A DNA stretch of 64,000 nucleotides from an uncultured Deinococcales bacterium (GCA_964247135.1 CAXTTL010000001.1:51557-115556); one strand, 5' to 3'. Shown: positions 51,236-60,042, counted from the first letter of the stretch. Notes: a model not told the origin generated them from the letters alone. Translations and numbers: made by a program.

Positions 51236-52150
51236 ATGAAGCCTGTTACTAAAAAAGTTTACTTTTACAAAATAGGATTTTTTGGAACCGCTCCAGTAGG
51301 GCAAAATATCGCCCCAGAGGTCAGTGCAAATGACGTTATGACAATTATTCAGGAGCTTCCAAGAGATGAAAAAAGTAATCCTTCTCGCATTTTAAAATCT
51401 TCGTCAGGGGTAGATTTACCTAGTCTTATTCTGTATGTAACAGAAAATATCATAAAAGAGAAGGTCACTGGTTATATTGCCAGTATCCAGGAGAGTGATT
51501 TACCTCCGACTTTTGACCCTCAAACAGGCGACGTTCAACCTAATAATCCAATACCTCTGTTGCATAGATCACATTTCTATATAGACGTAAACACTGGGAA
51601 TATGGCTTTTCAGTCTTCAAAATCATCTCCTAATATTGCCGCATTTGCATATTATATTCAGCAAAAAGCATCTAGCATTGTCAATTCAGTTTATCCGAGA
51701 ATCTATTTAAGCGTAGATACTATTGAGTTATTAAAAAACAGACCAAGAAAATCTCTTGAGCTACAGATACATAGCTCTGCCATAGAAAAAACAAGAGTTC
51801 TGGGTGAAAACATATTTTTAAGTTTGCAAAATCTTGCCAAAGTTAATAATACTGAATCTGTGGGAATAATATTGAGCATAGGAAAAGGTAAGAGAAAAGG
51901 AAATTTAGATATAAATGAGTTAGTGGAAAGCTTAAGTGCGTTTTTAGCAGCCGCAAGTATGAATTTAGAGACTTTAAGAATTAGAACAGATGAGGGTTAT
52001 ATAGATTTAATAGAGCAAAAGTTTTTTCTAAGTGTAGATTTTCCAAGTGATGTTTTCAAAAAACCAAACGTTGAAAGTATTGATATATTAGTACCAATGG
52101 AGATGGCATACAAAGCCAATGAAAATGTCATCAATTGTCAAAAAATTTAA
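51236..52150 (+). CDS. AT-rich hypothetical soluble protein (DUF6731/DUF4747-like by eye)
   Basis: TAAGGAG RBS, 304 aa, KKVYFYKI..SHFYID..MAFQ..PNIAAFAYYIQ. Codon usage is strongly AT-rich. Confidence 0.75.
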   Translation: MKPVTKKVYFYKIGFFGTAPVGQNIAPEVSANDVMTIIQELPRDEKSNPSRILKSSSGVDLPSLILYVTENIIKEKVTGYIASIQESDLPPTFDPQTGDVQPNNPIPLLHRSHFYIDVNTGNMAFQSSKSSPNIAAFAYYIQQKASSIVNSVYPRIYLSVDTIELLKNRPRKSLELQIHSSAIEKTRVLGENIFLSLQNLAKVNNTESVGIILSIGKGKRKGNLDINELVESLSAFLAAASMNLETLRIRTDEGYIDLIEQKFFLSVDFPSDVFKKPNVESIDILVPMEMAYKANENVINCQKI

Positions 52151-52718
52151 ATCTATTATTTCTATAGAAGAAATCCCACTCTCTTTATTAAAGATAAGTG
52201 TCTTTTCCTTATTACTTGGACTTTTAATAGTGCTACTAGATAATATTTTTTTCTTTACGATTCAAGATAAAATTTTTTCAATGCAAAAAGATATATATCT
52301 TGCCTTTATGGCTTTATCTGCAACTTTTGTAGGTTTCTTGATTTCTGCTTCAGCAATAATATCTTCATTTTCAATTTCTGGAATTCTAAAAAAAGCCCTT
52401 GTAAATGGTACATTTTCTGATGTTATAGATTACATGTATATAACGAAAAAAGTCTATACTCTCCTCTTTGCAATTTCAACAACAGGTCTTTTTTTAATGT
52501 CTTATCCCGAGATAAGCAAAATATTACTCTATTTTTTAATTTCTTTTACTGTTGTAGCAATATTTTTAACTTTTTATTCAATAAAAATTCTAGAACAATT
52601 AACTAAAATATCCATCATAGACAAGAAAAAAGAAATAGAGATAGAAAGACAAAAAAGTAATATACCACCAGTTGCTACTTTAGAACCAAAAAGCGATGGT
52701 TTTATTGGAAAAAAATAA
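52125..52718 (+). CDS. AT-rich membrane protein with about 4 TM helices
   Basis: Four hydrophobic stretches. Overlaps the end of the upstream gene. Confidence 0.75.
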   Translation: MSSIVKKFKSIISIEEIPLSLLKISVFSLLLGLLIVLLDNIFFFTIQDKIFSMQKDIYLAFMALSATFVGFLISASAIISSFSISGILKKALVNGTFSDVIDYMYITKKVYTLLFAISTTGLFLMSYPEISKILLYFLISFTVVAIFLTFYSIKILEQLTKISIIDKKKEIEIERQKSNIPPVATLEPKSDGFIGKK

Positions 52719-52797
52719 TCTAAAGCCTTTGAAATGTCATAATCAAATCCTCAAATTTTTAACCTTCTTATTCCTCTCATGCTTCTATAAAATCATA

Positions 52798-52879
52798 CCT
52801 TGCAAGTTTTAATCCTCAACCTCGGGTGGTAAATTTTCGTACAACACCGCCAACGGCAACTAAAACCCAATGCTCGAAA
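52798..52879 (-). repeat. Decayed copy of the 3' end of the Uma2 gene (direct repeat with 53623-53704)
   Basis: TCGGGTGGTAAATTTTCGTACAACACCGCCAA is identical at 52822-52853 and 53647-53678. Flanks align without gaps, and this copy has an in-frame stop. Confidence 0.88.
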
Positions 52880-52914
52880 CTTGCCTTCACATCAGTTTTT
52901 GCTACACTAAACCC

Positions 52915-53256
52915 ATGACCCTCGCGCTCGAGCCAACCACTGCCGTACCACTAAGAACCGACCCAAACGGCGTGATTCGGGTTGGCAAATCTCGAGTGAC
53001 CTTGGAAACCTTGCTTCATTCCTGGCAGCAAGGCTCGAGTCCTGAAGAGATCGTCGAAGCTTTCCCTGTTTTGAAACTCGATGATGTTTACGCGGTGATT
53101 GCTTACGTCTTGCGTCACGAAGAAGACATGAAAACGTACTTGCAAGAAAGCAAACTCGAGCAAGGACAGGCACTCGAGAACATCAAGGTTTGGTTTCCGA
53201 ACGCGGACTTTCGGGCGCGGGTCTTGGCGAAGGCGGCAGCCAAGGGTTTGCGTTGA
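52915..53256 (+). CDS. DUF433 family antitoxin
   Basis: GVIRVGKSRVTLETLL..GSSPEEIVEAFPVLKLDDVYAVIAY. Leaderless TACACT-6 nt-ATG. Confidence 0.9.
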   Translation: MTLALEPTTAVPLRTDPNGVIRVGKSRVTLETLLHSWQQGSSPEEIVEAFPVLKLDDVYAVIAYVLRHEEDMKTYLQESKLEQGQALENIKVWFPNADFRARVLAKAAAKGLR

Positions 53257-53600
53257 AACTTGCCATTGACGAGAATTTGGACAATCGAATCGTGCGGGGT
53301 TTACGACGGCTTCATCCAGAACTGGATGCCATTCGGATTCAGGACACCGAAATTTACGAAGCCGATGATCCTGTCGTGCTCGAGTGGTGCGTGGCAGAGG
53401 AACGCATTCTGGTTTCGCATGATTTTAGAACAATTCCAAAATACGCTTATGAACGCATTCGTGATGGTCAAATCGTGGCTGGAATTATTCTTGTTCCCAC
53501 TGATTTATCAATTCAGCAAAGCATTGAAGACTTGCACATTCTGATCGAATGCGCTACTGACGAAGATTGGACAAACCGACTCGAGTATCTGCCACTTTAA
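53253..53600 (+). CDS. DUF5615 family PIN-like toxin
   Basis: LAIDENL, ADDPVVLEW, RILVSHD. TTGA overlap with the antitoxin. Confidence 0.9.
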   Translation: MKLAIDENLDNRIVRGLRRLHPELDAIRIQDTEIYEADDPVVLEWCVAEERILVSHDFRTIPKYAYERIRDGQIVAGIILVPTDLSIQQSIEDLHILIECATDEDWTNRLEYLPL

Positions 53601-53633
53601 GTTCGTTTCAAATCTTCTCGAGCTTTGCAGGTT

Positions 53634-54203
53634 TCAGCCTTCAGCTTCGGGTGGTAAATTTTCGTACAACACCGCCAAGGGCAACGAAAACCCAATGCTC
53701 GAGAATTCAAGCACCGCATCATTCAATAAAATCTCGTGTTGCCAAGTGCCGTTGTGTTTTGAATACACTTCGGCAAGGGGTTCGTTTTGACTGAGCAAAA
53801 CATACTGCTCGAGGCTTGGGATGCTGCGGTAATTTCGTAGTTTCTCGCCTCGGTCTATGCTTTCGGTGGTTGGCGATAAAACTTCAATCACGATGCTCGG
53901 GCGACGTTTGACGCGTGGGCTATCAAAACTCGAGTCTTGCAGCACAAAAACATCTGGGTAGTATCCAATGTCTTCTGGTGTTCGGATCAGAATGTCGCTT
54001 TTGTAAACCCGATACGTTTGTTTTAAAGCTTCTAAAAACAGACGGGCGTACAGACCGCCAGCAACATGATCGTGTCTGTCTGTGCCGCCAGCCATGACGA
54101 ACAAGTTACCATAGACAAATTCGTGTCGAACGGGACTGTTCTCTTCAATCTCGAGAAAATGCTCGAAACTCGAGACGCTGCGTTCTGGTGCTTGACGGCT
54201 CAT
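53634..54203 (-). CDS. Uma2/DUF820 family endonuclease
   Basis: RHEFVYG..MAGGT..H, YYPDVFV, IEVLSPTTESIDRGEK, SLEQYVL. Leaderless TATACT-6 nt-ATG. Confidence 0.92.
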   Translation of the reverse strand: MSRQAPERSVSSFEHFLEIEENSPVRHEFVYGNLFVMAGGTDRHDHVAGGLYARLFLEALKQTYRVYKSDILIRTPEDIGYYPDVFVLQDSSFDSPRVKRRPSIVIEVLSPTTESIDRGEKLRNYRSIPSLEQYVLLSQNEPLAEVYSKHNGTWQHEILLNDAVLEFSSIGFSLPLAVLYENLPPEAEG

Positions 54204-54308
54204 GGGGGAAGTATAGCGCAGAGAGTTAAGAGTTTGCGGGTCCTTGCCAGGTTTTTACGTGCTTTCGCCAGCACTGCTTCAGGCTCGAGTTTAGGGTATG
54301 CTTTGTGC

Positions 54309-54608
54309 GTGAAACCACAAATTGTACTCGCGTTCGTCTCAACCCTACTCTTGATCGGCTGCGGCGAGAAAACTTTTTCCAAAGCAGATGTCGAAACCGG
54401 TTCGATGGAAGCCTTGACCAAAAAGGTCGGTCAACCCTCACCTCAGATCACCTGCCCCGAGGACCTGAAAGCCAAAGTCGGCGAGAAAATGATTTGCAGT
54501 ATGCCAATCAATGCCAAAACCTACGATGTGACCGTCACCGTCACGTCTTTGGATGACAGCAGCACGGGTCATTACGATGTCGAGGTTGCCAGCGCACCGC
54601 GCCCTTAA
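54309..54608 (+). CDS. DUF4333-like lipoprotein
   Basis: GTG 6 nt after TATGCT, lipobox LIGC, ITCPEDLKAKVGEKMIC. Confidence 0.75.
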   Translation: MKPQIVLAFVSTLLLIGCGEKTFSKADVETGSMEALTKKVGQPSPQITCPEDLKAKVGEKMICSMPINAKTYDVTVTVTSLDDSSTGHYDVEVASAPRP

Positions 54609-54724
54609 AAAAATGTTTGATCTCGAGCTTGGTTTGTTCTGAATCAGGCAGTTGAACGCTGACCATGCCCACTCGGGTTTACGTTCAGCTTCCCTCATCT
54701 GTTTGACGTTAAACTATTATTCCA

Positions 54725-56722
54725 ATGCCGTTACCGACTCCCAACCTCGATGACCGAAAATTTCAGGAAATCGTCGATCAAGCCAAGCGTCTCATTCCGC
54801 GTTACACGCCCGAATGGACAGACCACAATGTTTCTGACCCTGGCGTGGCATTGATCGAACTGTTCGCCTGGATGACCGACATGCTCTTGTACCGTGTCAA
54901 TCAGGTGCCGGACAAAATGTACGTCAAGTTCCTCGAGTTGATTGGTGTCAAGCTCGAGCCTCCCAGGGCGGCGGTTGCACCGATCACGTTTTACCTCTCG
55001 GCAGCGCAGGACGGTGTGGTGTCGGTGCTCGAGGGAACGGAGGTGGCGACGGTGCGCACCGAAACCTCCGAGGCGATCATTTTCAGCACCGAGGAGACCT
55101 TGGTGATTCGTCCGCCGACGGTTTTGGGGGCATTAACGCAGTCGGTGCGTTTGGGCGGCGAGCAGGCTTGGCTCAAACACGATTTACGAGCGCTCGAGTT
55201 GGCGGGCAATCGCTTGGTCATGTTTTCGCTTGACCCAACGCCTGGCGATGCGTTTTATATTGCGTTCGAGGAAGACCATTCGATGCACGTGCTGGCGATT
55301 TCGTTGCAGGTCGATGTCGCGGGTGGTGCGGGTGTTGACCCTCGAGACCCACCGATTGAGTGGCAGGTCTGGCAGGGCAACATCGCCAAGTGGGTCACCT
55401 GCGAGGTCGAGTTTGATGCGACGGGCGGTTTCAACACCCCTGGCGATGTGATTTTGCACCTTTCCAAAATGGAGCGCGGGGCGTTTCAGGGTTTGACGGC
55501 GTACTGGTTGCGGGTGCGTTTGACCAATCCAACGCCGAGCAGCGGCACGTACAAGGTTTCGCCACTGCTCGAGCAGATGGTCATAGAATCTCGAGGAGGG
55601 ACTGTCAATGCTAGGAATGCCGTCACGGTGCGCCAAGAGCATCTAGGGCAGTCTGAGGGCACGCCAGGGCAAAGTTTTCAGTTGTCCCGAACCCCAATAT
55701 TGTCGCGCGACCCGAGCAAAGACTTTTTGATCGTCGAGGAACCAGGCGAAGCTCCAGAATTCTGGTCGGAGGTAGCAGATTTTGCCGATTCCAAAGAGGG
55801 CGACCCGCATTACACGCTGGACGCCCAAGATGGCACGATCACGCTCGGACCAACCTTGTTGCAATCGGACAACAGCGTGTACCTGTTCGGCAAAATCCCA
55901 AGCAAGAATGCAAGTTTAAGGTTCTCGAGGTATCAGCACGGCGGCGGCGTGATTGGCAACGTGCCAAAGGGGGCGCTGTCGGTCTTGCGGTCTTCGATTC
56001 CGTATGTGGCGCGGGTGATCAACCGCGTTGCCGCCGTGGGTGGCGCAAACGCCCAGAGCCTCGAGGAGGCAAAACTTCGTGCGCCACAATCGTTGCGCAC
56101 GCGCACTCGGGCGGTCACGGCGGACGATTTCGAGTATTTGGCATCGCAGGTGGCGGGGGTGGCACGAAGCAAGTGCGTCACGCCGTCGGAACAGACGGGA
56201 CGCAACGATCCCAAACCTGGGCAGGTGGTCTTGGTGGTCTTGCCAGAGGTCGAGAATGTGACCGAACGCATGACGATTGACGATTTCACGCTGTCTGCCG
56301 AGTTGCGTTCTGCGCTCAAATCGCATCTGGACGACAAGCGCGTGCTCGGCTCGAGTTTGGAGATTCGAGCGCCGCAACTGACCTGGGTCAGTGTGAATGC
56401 CAAGTTGCGGTTGACCGAACGTGCCAGCGATCCCGCCATCGCCATTGAGGTGCGGAGCAACGCCGAGAGGGCGTTGTATCGCTACCTCAATCCGTTTATT
56501 GGCGGTCCGCAAGGTGACGGTTGGGTGTTCGGGCGCGATCTGCACATTTCCGAGGTCAACGCACTGTTGCAACGTGTGCCTGGGGTCGAATTCGTCGAGG
56601 AGATTCAATTGCTGGTGCGCGAACCAGGTTCAAACGAAGTGCCGCGCCCAGTGCCAGCACGTCTCAGCCTGACTCGAGATGGCGTGGTGGTTTCCGACGT
56701 TCACCGCATCACACTGCTTTAA
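54725..56722 (+). CDS. Contractile injection system baseplate assembly protein (baseplate J/Afp11-like)
   Basis: MPLPTPNLDDRKFQ, PEWTDHNVSDPGVALIELFAW, LYRVNQVP, RAVTADDFE, GWVFGR. Confidence 0.92.
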   Translation: MPLPTPNLDDRKFQEIVDQAKRLIPRYTPEWTDHNVSDPGVALIELFAWMTDMLLYRVNQVPDKMYVKFLELIGVKLEPPRAAVAPITFYLSAAQDGVVSVLEGTEVATVRTETSEAIIFSTEETLVIRPPTVLGALTQSVRLGGEQAWLKHDLRALELAGNRLVMFSLDPTPGDAFYIAFEEDHSMHVLAISLQVDVAGGAGVDPRDPPIEWQVWQGNIAKWVTCEVEFDATGGFNTPGDVILHLSKMERGAFQGLTAYWLRVRLTNPTPSSGTYKVSPLLEQMVIESRGGTVNARNAVTVRQEHLGQSEGTPGQSFQLSRTPILSRDPSKDFLIVEEPGEAPEFWSEVADFADSKEGDPHYTLDAQDGTITLGPTLLQSDNSVYLFGKIPSKNASLRFSRYQHGGGVIGNVPKGALSVLRSSIPYVARVINRVAAVGGANAQSLEEAKLRAPQSLRTRTRAVTADDFEYLASQVAGVARSKCVTPSEQTGRNDPKPGQVVLVVLPEVENVTERMTIDDFTLSAELRSALKSHLDDKRVLGSSLEIRAPQLTWVSVNAKLRLTERASDPAIAIEVRSNAERALYRYLNPFIGGPQGDGWVFGRDLHISEVNALLQRVPGVEFVEEIQLLVREPGSNEVPRPVPARLSLTRDGVVVSDVHRITLL

Positions 56723-56753
56723 AATCTCGAGCCATACGCGGAACGCAATAAAG

Positions 56754-56794
56754 CTCCCCTCTCCTGATGTTGGGAGAGGGGTTGGGGGTGAGGG
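56754..56794 (+). repeat. CCCCTCTCC...GGAGAGGGG-TTGGGGGTGAGGG REP-like element
   Basis: 9-bp stem plus a G-rich tail, between convergent genes. Confidence 0.65.
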
Positions 56795-56834
56795 TAGAGC
56801 AATTGCTGAAGTTCGTGCCTCAAAGGAAAAAGAC

Positions 56835-57116
56835 TTAATCTGCAATCATCACGGTCATAAATCCAGTCGTGATCGTCGAACCGTGCGCGGTTTTATCACC
56901 AATTCTGGCGGCGGGCATCCCATTGATTTTGACTTTGCTCGAGCCTTGAATCACCGTGTTTGGTCCTGCGGCGCAGGGTGTGGCTGGGGTGGTGACGTAT
57001 GCCGCCAGCAAACCACCAATTTTAACAATCGATGGCGCTCCAACAGGCGGCAGCAAGACGCCCGGCACTCCATTGGGGCAAATGTGCGTGTCGGTGGCTC
57101 GAGCGGCGGGGGGCAT
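56835..57116 (-). CDS. PAAR spike-tip protein
   Basis: MPPAARATDTHICP..GSSKVKINGMPAARIGDKTAHG. AAAGGAG RBS. Confidence 0.92.
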   Translation of the reverse strand: MPPAARATDTHICPNGVPGVLLPPVGAPSIVKIGGLLAAYVTTPATPCAAGPNTVIQGSSKVKINGMPAARIGDKTAHGSTITTGFMTVMIAD

Positions 57117-57126
57117 AGAAACTCCT

Positions 57127-58779
57127 TTAACCAATGTTGATCTGGGGGGCTTTGATCGAAACTTCGGTCTCGCCGGTGATGTTGACCTTCTGACCTTTCA
57201 ACTCGAGGTTTTTGTCGGCTTTGATTTCAACGTCACCTTTGGCATGAATGCTGATTTTGTTCTCTTTGGTGTCAATGTGAACAATGTTGCCCTTGGAATC
57301 GGTGATGGTGATGCCTGGCGTGCCGCTCGAGTCGTCAATGATAATCAAATGGCTGTCCTCAGATTTGCCATTGTTGGTTTGAATGTAACGCCTGACCACA
57401 TGCCCACCCTCGAGGTAATCGCCTTTTTTCTTGTACGGCGTGTCAACCCCGTTCCACAAGCCACCCATGATGTAGGGCAGGTGAATGTCGCCCTGTTCAA
57501 AACCGACCAGCACTTCGTCGTTGACATCGGGCATCCATTCCAAACCGCGACCCTTGCCCGCGCCGATGCCGACCACCCGCGCCCAATCGCTCTCTTTGTC
57601 TTCACTCAGGGCTGGGAATTTGACTTTCACACGCCCGAGGTCTTTGGGGTCATCGCAATTGGTAACAATGCCGACCATAAAACCGGCTCGAGGTCCACTT
57701 TCGCCGCCCGCACCCTCGAGCATCGCCATGAGCGTGTTGGTGTGTTGGGCGCTGATGCTGAAGTCGGTGGTGTAACTTTTGCTGGTGTTGTACCGATGCG
57801 TGGCGTGAGTCACGACGTATGTGCCTTTAAATTTGTCGCCAATGTTGGGAATGTTGATTTTCGCGCCCGCCACAATGCCAGGGTTGCCGCCGCAGGTGCC
57901 TTCGGCTTGGACAAAACCGCCCGAGTTGCGGTTGGCTTCGGCTTTGACGAGTTGATCGGCAACGGCTTGGTTGCGAATCGTGGTGGACAAAACCTGCACG
58001 GCTTTGCCACCCACTTTTTGGGCTTGACCCGTGTTGTCGGTTTCGGAAATATCGGGCTGACTTTCGCCCTTGGTCGCCCTGGCGACGATGGCTTTTTTCT
58101 TGTCCGAATCCCAACCGCGCACCTCAAATTCGGTATGCTGATCGAGCGTGGTCATTTGCGGTTGAAAATCCATCAAACCGTCCTGCCCCCAGTTCAGTTC
58201 GATCTCGTCGTCAACATCGCTTTTTTGGGGTTTTTCAAAATGCAAATCTTTGTCGCGCACAAATACGGTGTAACCAATGTTCTCGGCACGTTTTTGTAAG
58301 AACTCGAGGTTGGTTTCGTTGTCCTGAAAGACATAAGGGTGAATCGGTGAGGTGGACTCGATTTTTGACGAGCCGAGTTTCATCTCGCCGGCAATTTTTT
58401 TGGCGATGTCGGCGTCGGACATGTTCTGGTAATCCCTGGTGTACTTGCCACGGTTCAGGCGGTGCAGACGGTCGAATGCCCGCACGGTCATGTAAATGTT
58501 GGGGTAGCTAAATTGCGGTTCGACCTGAATGATCTCGCCGTCAAAAATGCGTTTGTCTTTGTTGTTTTCTCGAGACAAAATTTTTAAGGATTTCCCAACC
58601 TCGAACAAGCCGCTGTCCACCAATTTCATGCCCTTGTCGTGAAACGAAACCACGGCGACATCGGGCAAGTGAATGGTACTTTCCATGGTGATGTCGCGCA
58701 GTTTGGTCTGAAGGTCGGCGTTGACGCTGCCGTCGATCTCGACCAGAAAGTGAACCACGTTGCTCGAGGGCTTAGACAA
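57127..58779 (-). CDS. VgrG-related spike protein (Afp8-like)
   Basis: QDNETNLEFL, VRGWD, GIVTNCDDPKDLGRVKVKFP, PDVNDEVLVGFEQGD..PYIMGGLWNG (gp27 hub plus gp5 OB-fold). Confidence 0.92.
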   Translation of the reverse strand: MSKPSSNVVHFLVEIDGSVNADLQTKLRDITMESTIHLPDVAVVSFHDKGMKLVDSGLFEVGKSLKILSRENNKDKRIFDGEIIQVEPQFSYPNIYMTVRAFDRLHRLNRGKYTRDYQNMSDADIAKKIAGEMKLGSSKIESTSPIHPYVFQDNETNLEFLQKRAENIGYTVFVRDKDLHFEKPQKSDVDDEIELNWGQDGLMDFQPQMTTLDQHTEFEVRGWDSDKKKAIVARATKGESQPDISETDNTGQAQKVGGKAVQVLSTTIRNQAVADQLVKAEANRNSGGFVQAEGTCGGNPGIVAGAKINIPNIGDKFKGTYVVTHATHRYNTSKSYTTDFSISAQHTNTLMAMLEGAGGESGPRAGFMVGIVTNCDDPKDLGRVKVKFPALSEDKESDWARVVGIGAGKGRGLEWMPDVNDEVLVGFEQGDIHLPYIMGGLWNGVDTPYKKKGDYLEGGHVVRRYIQTNNGKSEDSHLIIIDDSSGTPGITITDSKGNIVHIDTKENKISIHAKGDVEIKADKNLELKGQKVNITGETEVSIKAPQINIG

Positions 58780-59443
58780 CGGGAATCACCAGGGCTTCTC
58801 CGGGCGTCAAGCGCCTGATGTTTTTGATCTTGTTGATGTCGGCAATTTTGCGCCACTGCGAGGAATCGCCAAGGGTCACGTGGGCGATTCGTGCCAGGGT
58901 GTCGCCGTCTTTGATCGTCCACATCCGTTCGCCGCCGATGCCGCCTGAGGTTGGGTTGGTCCAGGGCAGGGCTTGGTCGTCACTTTTTTGCTTAAAGCTC
59001 ACATCCACCGTGGCACGCACCGGTTTTCCGTCGGGCATGAACATCGTAAATTGTTCGGAAATACTTTCGATCACGCCGTCGAACGACCAGGTCGAACCCC
59101 AGAAGAATTTGACGAAAGGCGGGCGACCGTGTTTGGATTTTGGGTCTTTGAGTTTGTCGTCAACCTGCATCAGCAACCACAGACCGTTGGTGTGGTCGCG
59201 GACATCTTGCACGCTGCCGCCGCCCTTGGCTTGGTGGTAGGTGTCAAAAAACAACTGGAGTTTTAAGGTTGCGCCCTCGCCGCCCGAGAACGTGATCTCG
59301 CCAGCGTTTTTTTGCGGTCCGCTTTCGTCGCCTTTGCCCCAGGAGTTTGACTTGGCAAACGTGTACTCTTTGGGGTTAAACATGCACTCGACGTTGGGGG
59401 TTGTGCCATCAAGATTGATAATCCGTGCCTTGTTTAAGCTCAT
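58772..59443 (-). CDS. CIS tube-initiator LysM protein (Afp7-like)
   Basis: CMFNPKEY, LQLFFDT, PPFVKFFWG, FTMFMPDGKPVRA, NPTSGG, C-terminal LysM (GDTLARIA..WRKIADIN). Confidence 0.9.
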   Translation of the reverse strand: MSLNKARIINLDGTTPNVECMFNPKEYTFAKSNSWGKGDESGPQKNAGEITFSGGEGATLKLQLFFDTYHQAKGGGSVQDVRDHTNGLWLLMQVDDKLKDPKSKHGRPPFVKFFWGSTWSFDGVIESISEQFTMFMPDGKPVRATVDVSFKQKSDDQALPWTNPTSGGIGGERMWTIKDGDTLARIAHVTLGDSSQWRKIADINKIKNIRRLTPGEALVIPVV

Positions 59444-59465
59444 ACCAAACCTCCATTTTGCTGGT

Positions 59466-59519
59466 TGCTCGAGGGTGCTGATGCCGTGTGCTCGAGGGTG
59501 CTGATGCCGTGTGCTCGAG
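59466..59519. repeat. 23-bp tandem repeat bounded by CTCGAG
   Basis: TGCTCGAGGGTGCTGATGCCGTG twice, then TGCTCGAG. Confidence 0.9.
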
Positions 59520-59552
59520 TTTGCTGAAGCTGGGTTGCTCGAGAGTTGCGTT

Positions 59553-60020
59553 TTAACGGTATTTCAGATCGCCACAAACGATGGGATCGCCAATGCCTTT
59601 GGGGTCGGTTTCGCCGCGTTGAAAGTACAGCACGATGAGCGGTTCTTTTTTGGCTTTGTTGGCGTCAAATTTTTTGGTTGGAATCTCGGTTTCGGCAAAA
59701 CCGTCGCCGTATTCGTTGGCTTGCAGGGTGCTCAAGGGCAGAAAGGTCTTGGTGGTTTTGTCGTCGCACTCGCCGTAACGAATTTGACCGGCATGGACTG
59801 ATTTTGGAGCCAAATCGGCGATGGTCACCGAAACTTTGGTTTTCTCATTGGAATAGCCTTTCACCAAAATATAACCGCCGGCTTTGTTGCCCACGTCTCC
59901 CCTGACGGCTTCTGCCCGCAGCACCACTGGGAACACAACCACCTCCGTAATTTCGACGGGTATTGGCGTACACGCCACAAAAGAAATCAGAAACATCAGT
60001 ATGATTGGTAATTTTTTCAT
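59553..60020 (-). CDS. Lipoprotein with Cu/Zn-SOD-like fold, metal ligands mostly absent
   Basis: MKK plus hydrophobic stretch and VAC lipobox. TKVSVTIADLAP..HAGQIRYGEC..GDPIVCGDL. Confidence 0.6.
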   Translation of the reverse strand: MKKLPIILMFLISFVACTPIPVEITEVVVFPVVLRAEAVRGDVGNKAGGYILVKGYSNEKTKVSVTIADLAPKSVHAGQIRYGECDDKTTKTFLPLSTLQANEYGDGFAETEIPTKKFDANKAKKEPLIVLYFQRGETDPKGIGDPIVCGDLKYR

Positions 60021-60042
60021 CCAAATCCTTTCTAACAAAATC

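Noticed and set aside
51236-52718. Firm call as the Kiwa defence system
   Set aside because: Gene order is reversed and I cannot verify DUF4868 homology. Kept only as a candidate.
56956-58299. 447-aa plus-strand ORF (similar cases at 61114-62157, 39111-40043, 44922-45935)
   Set aside because: Antisense shadows of well-supported genes, expected from codon bias.
54725-59443. Type VI secretion system
   Set aside because: No TssJLM, TssK or ClpV. The LysM tube initiator and this baseplate family indicate an eCIS-type system.
59466-59519. CRISPR array
   Set aside because: Identical tandem units with no unique spacers, and no cas genes. I saw no CRISPR array anywhere in the window.
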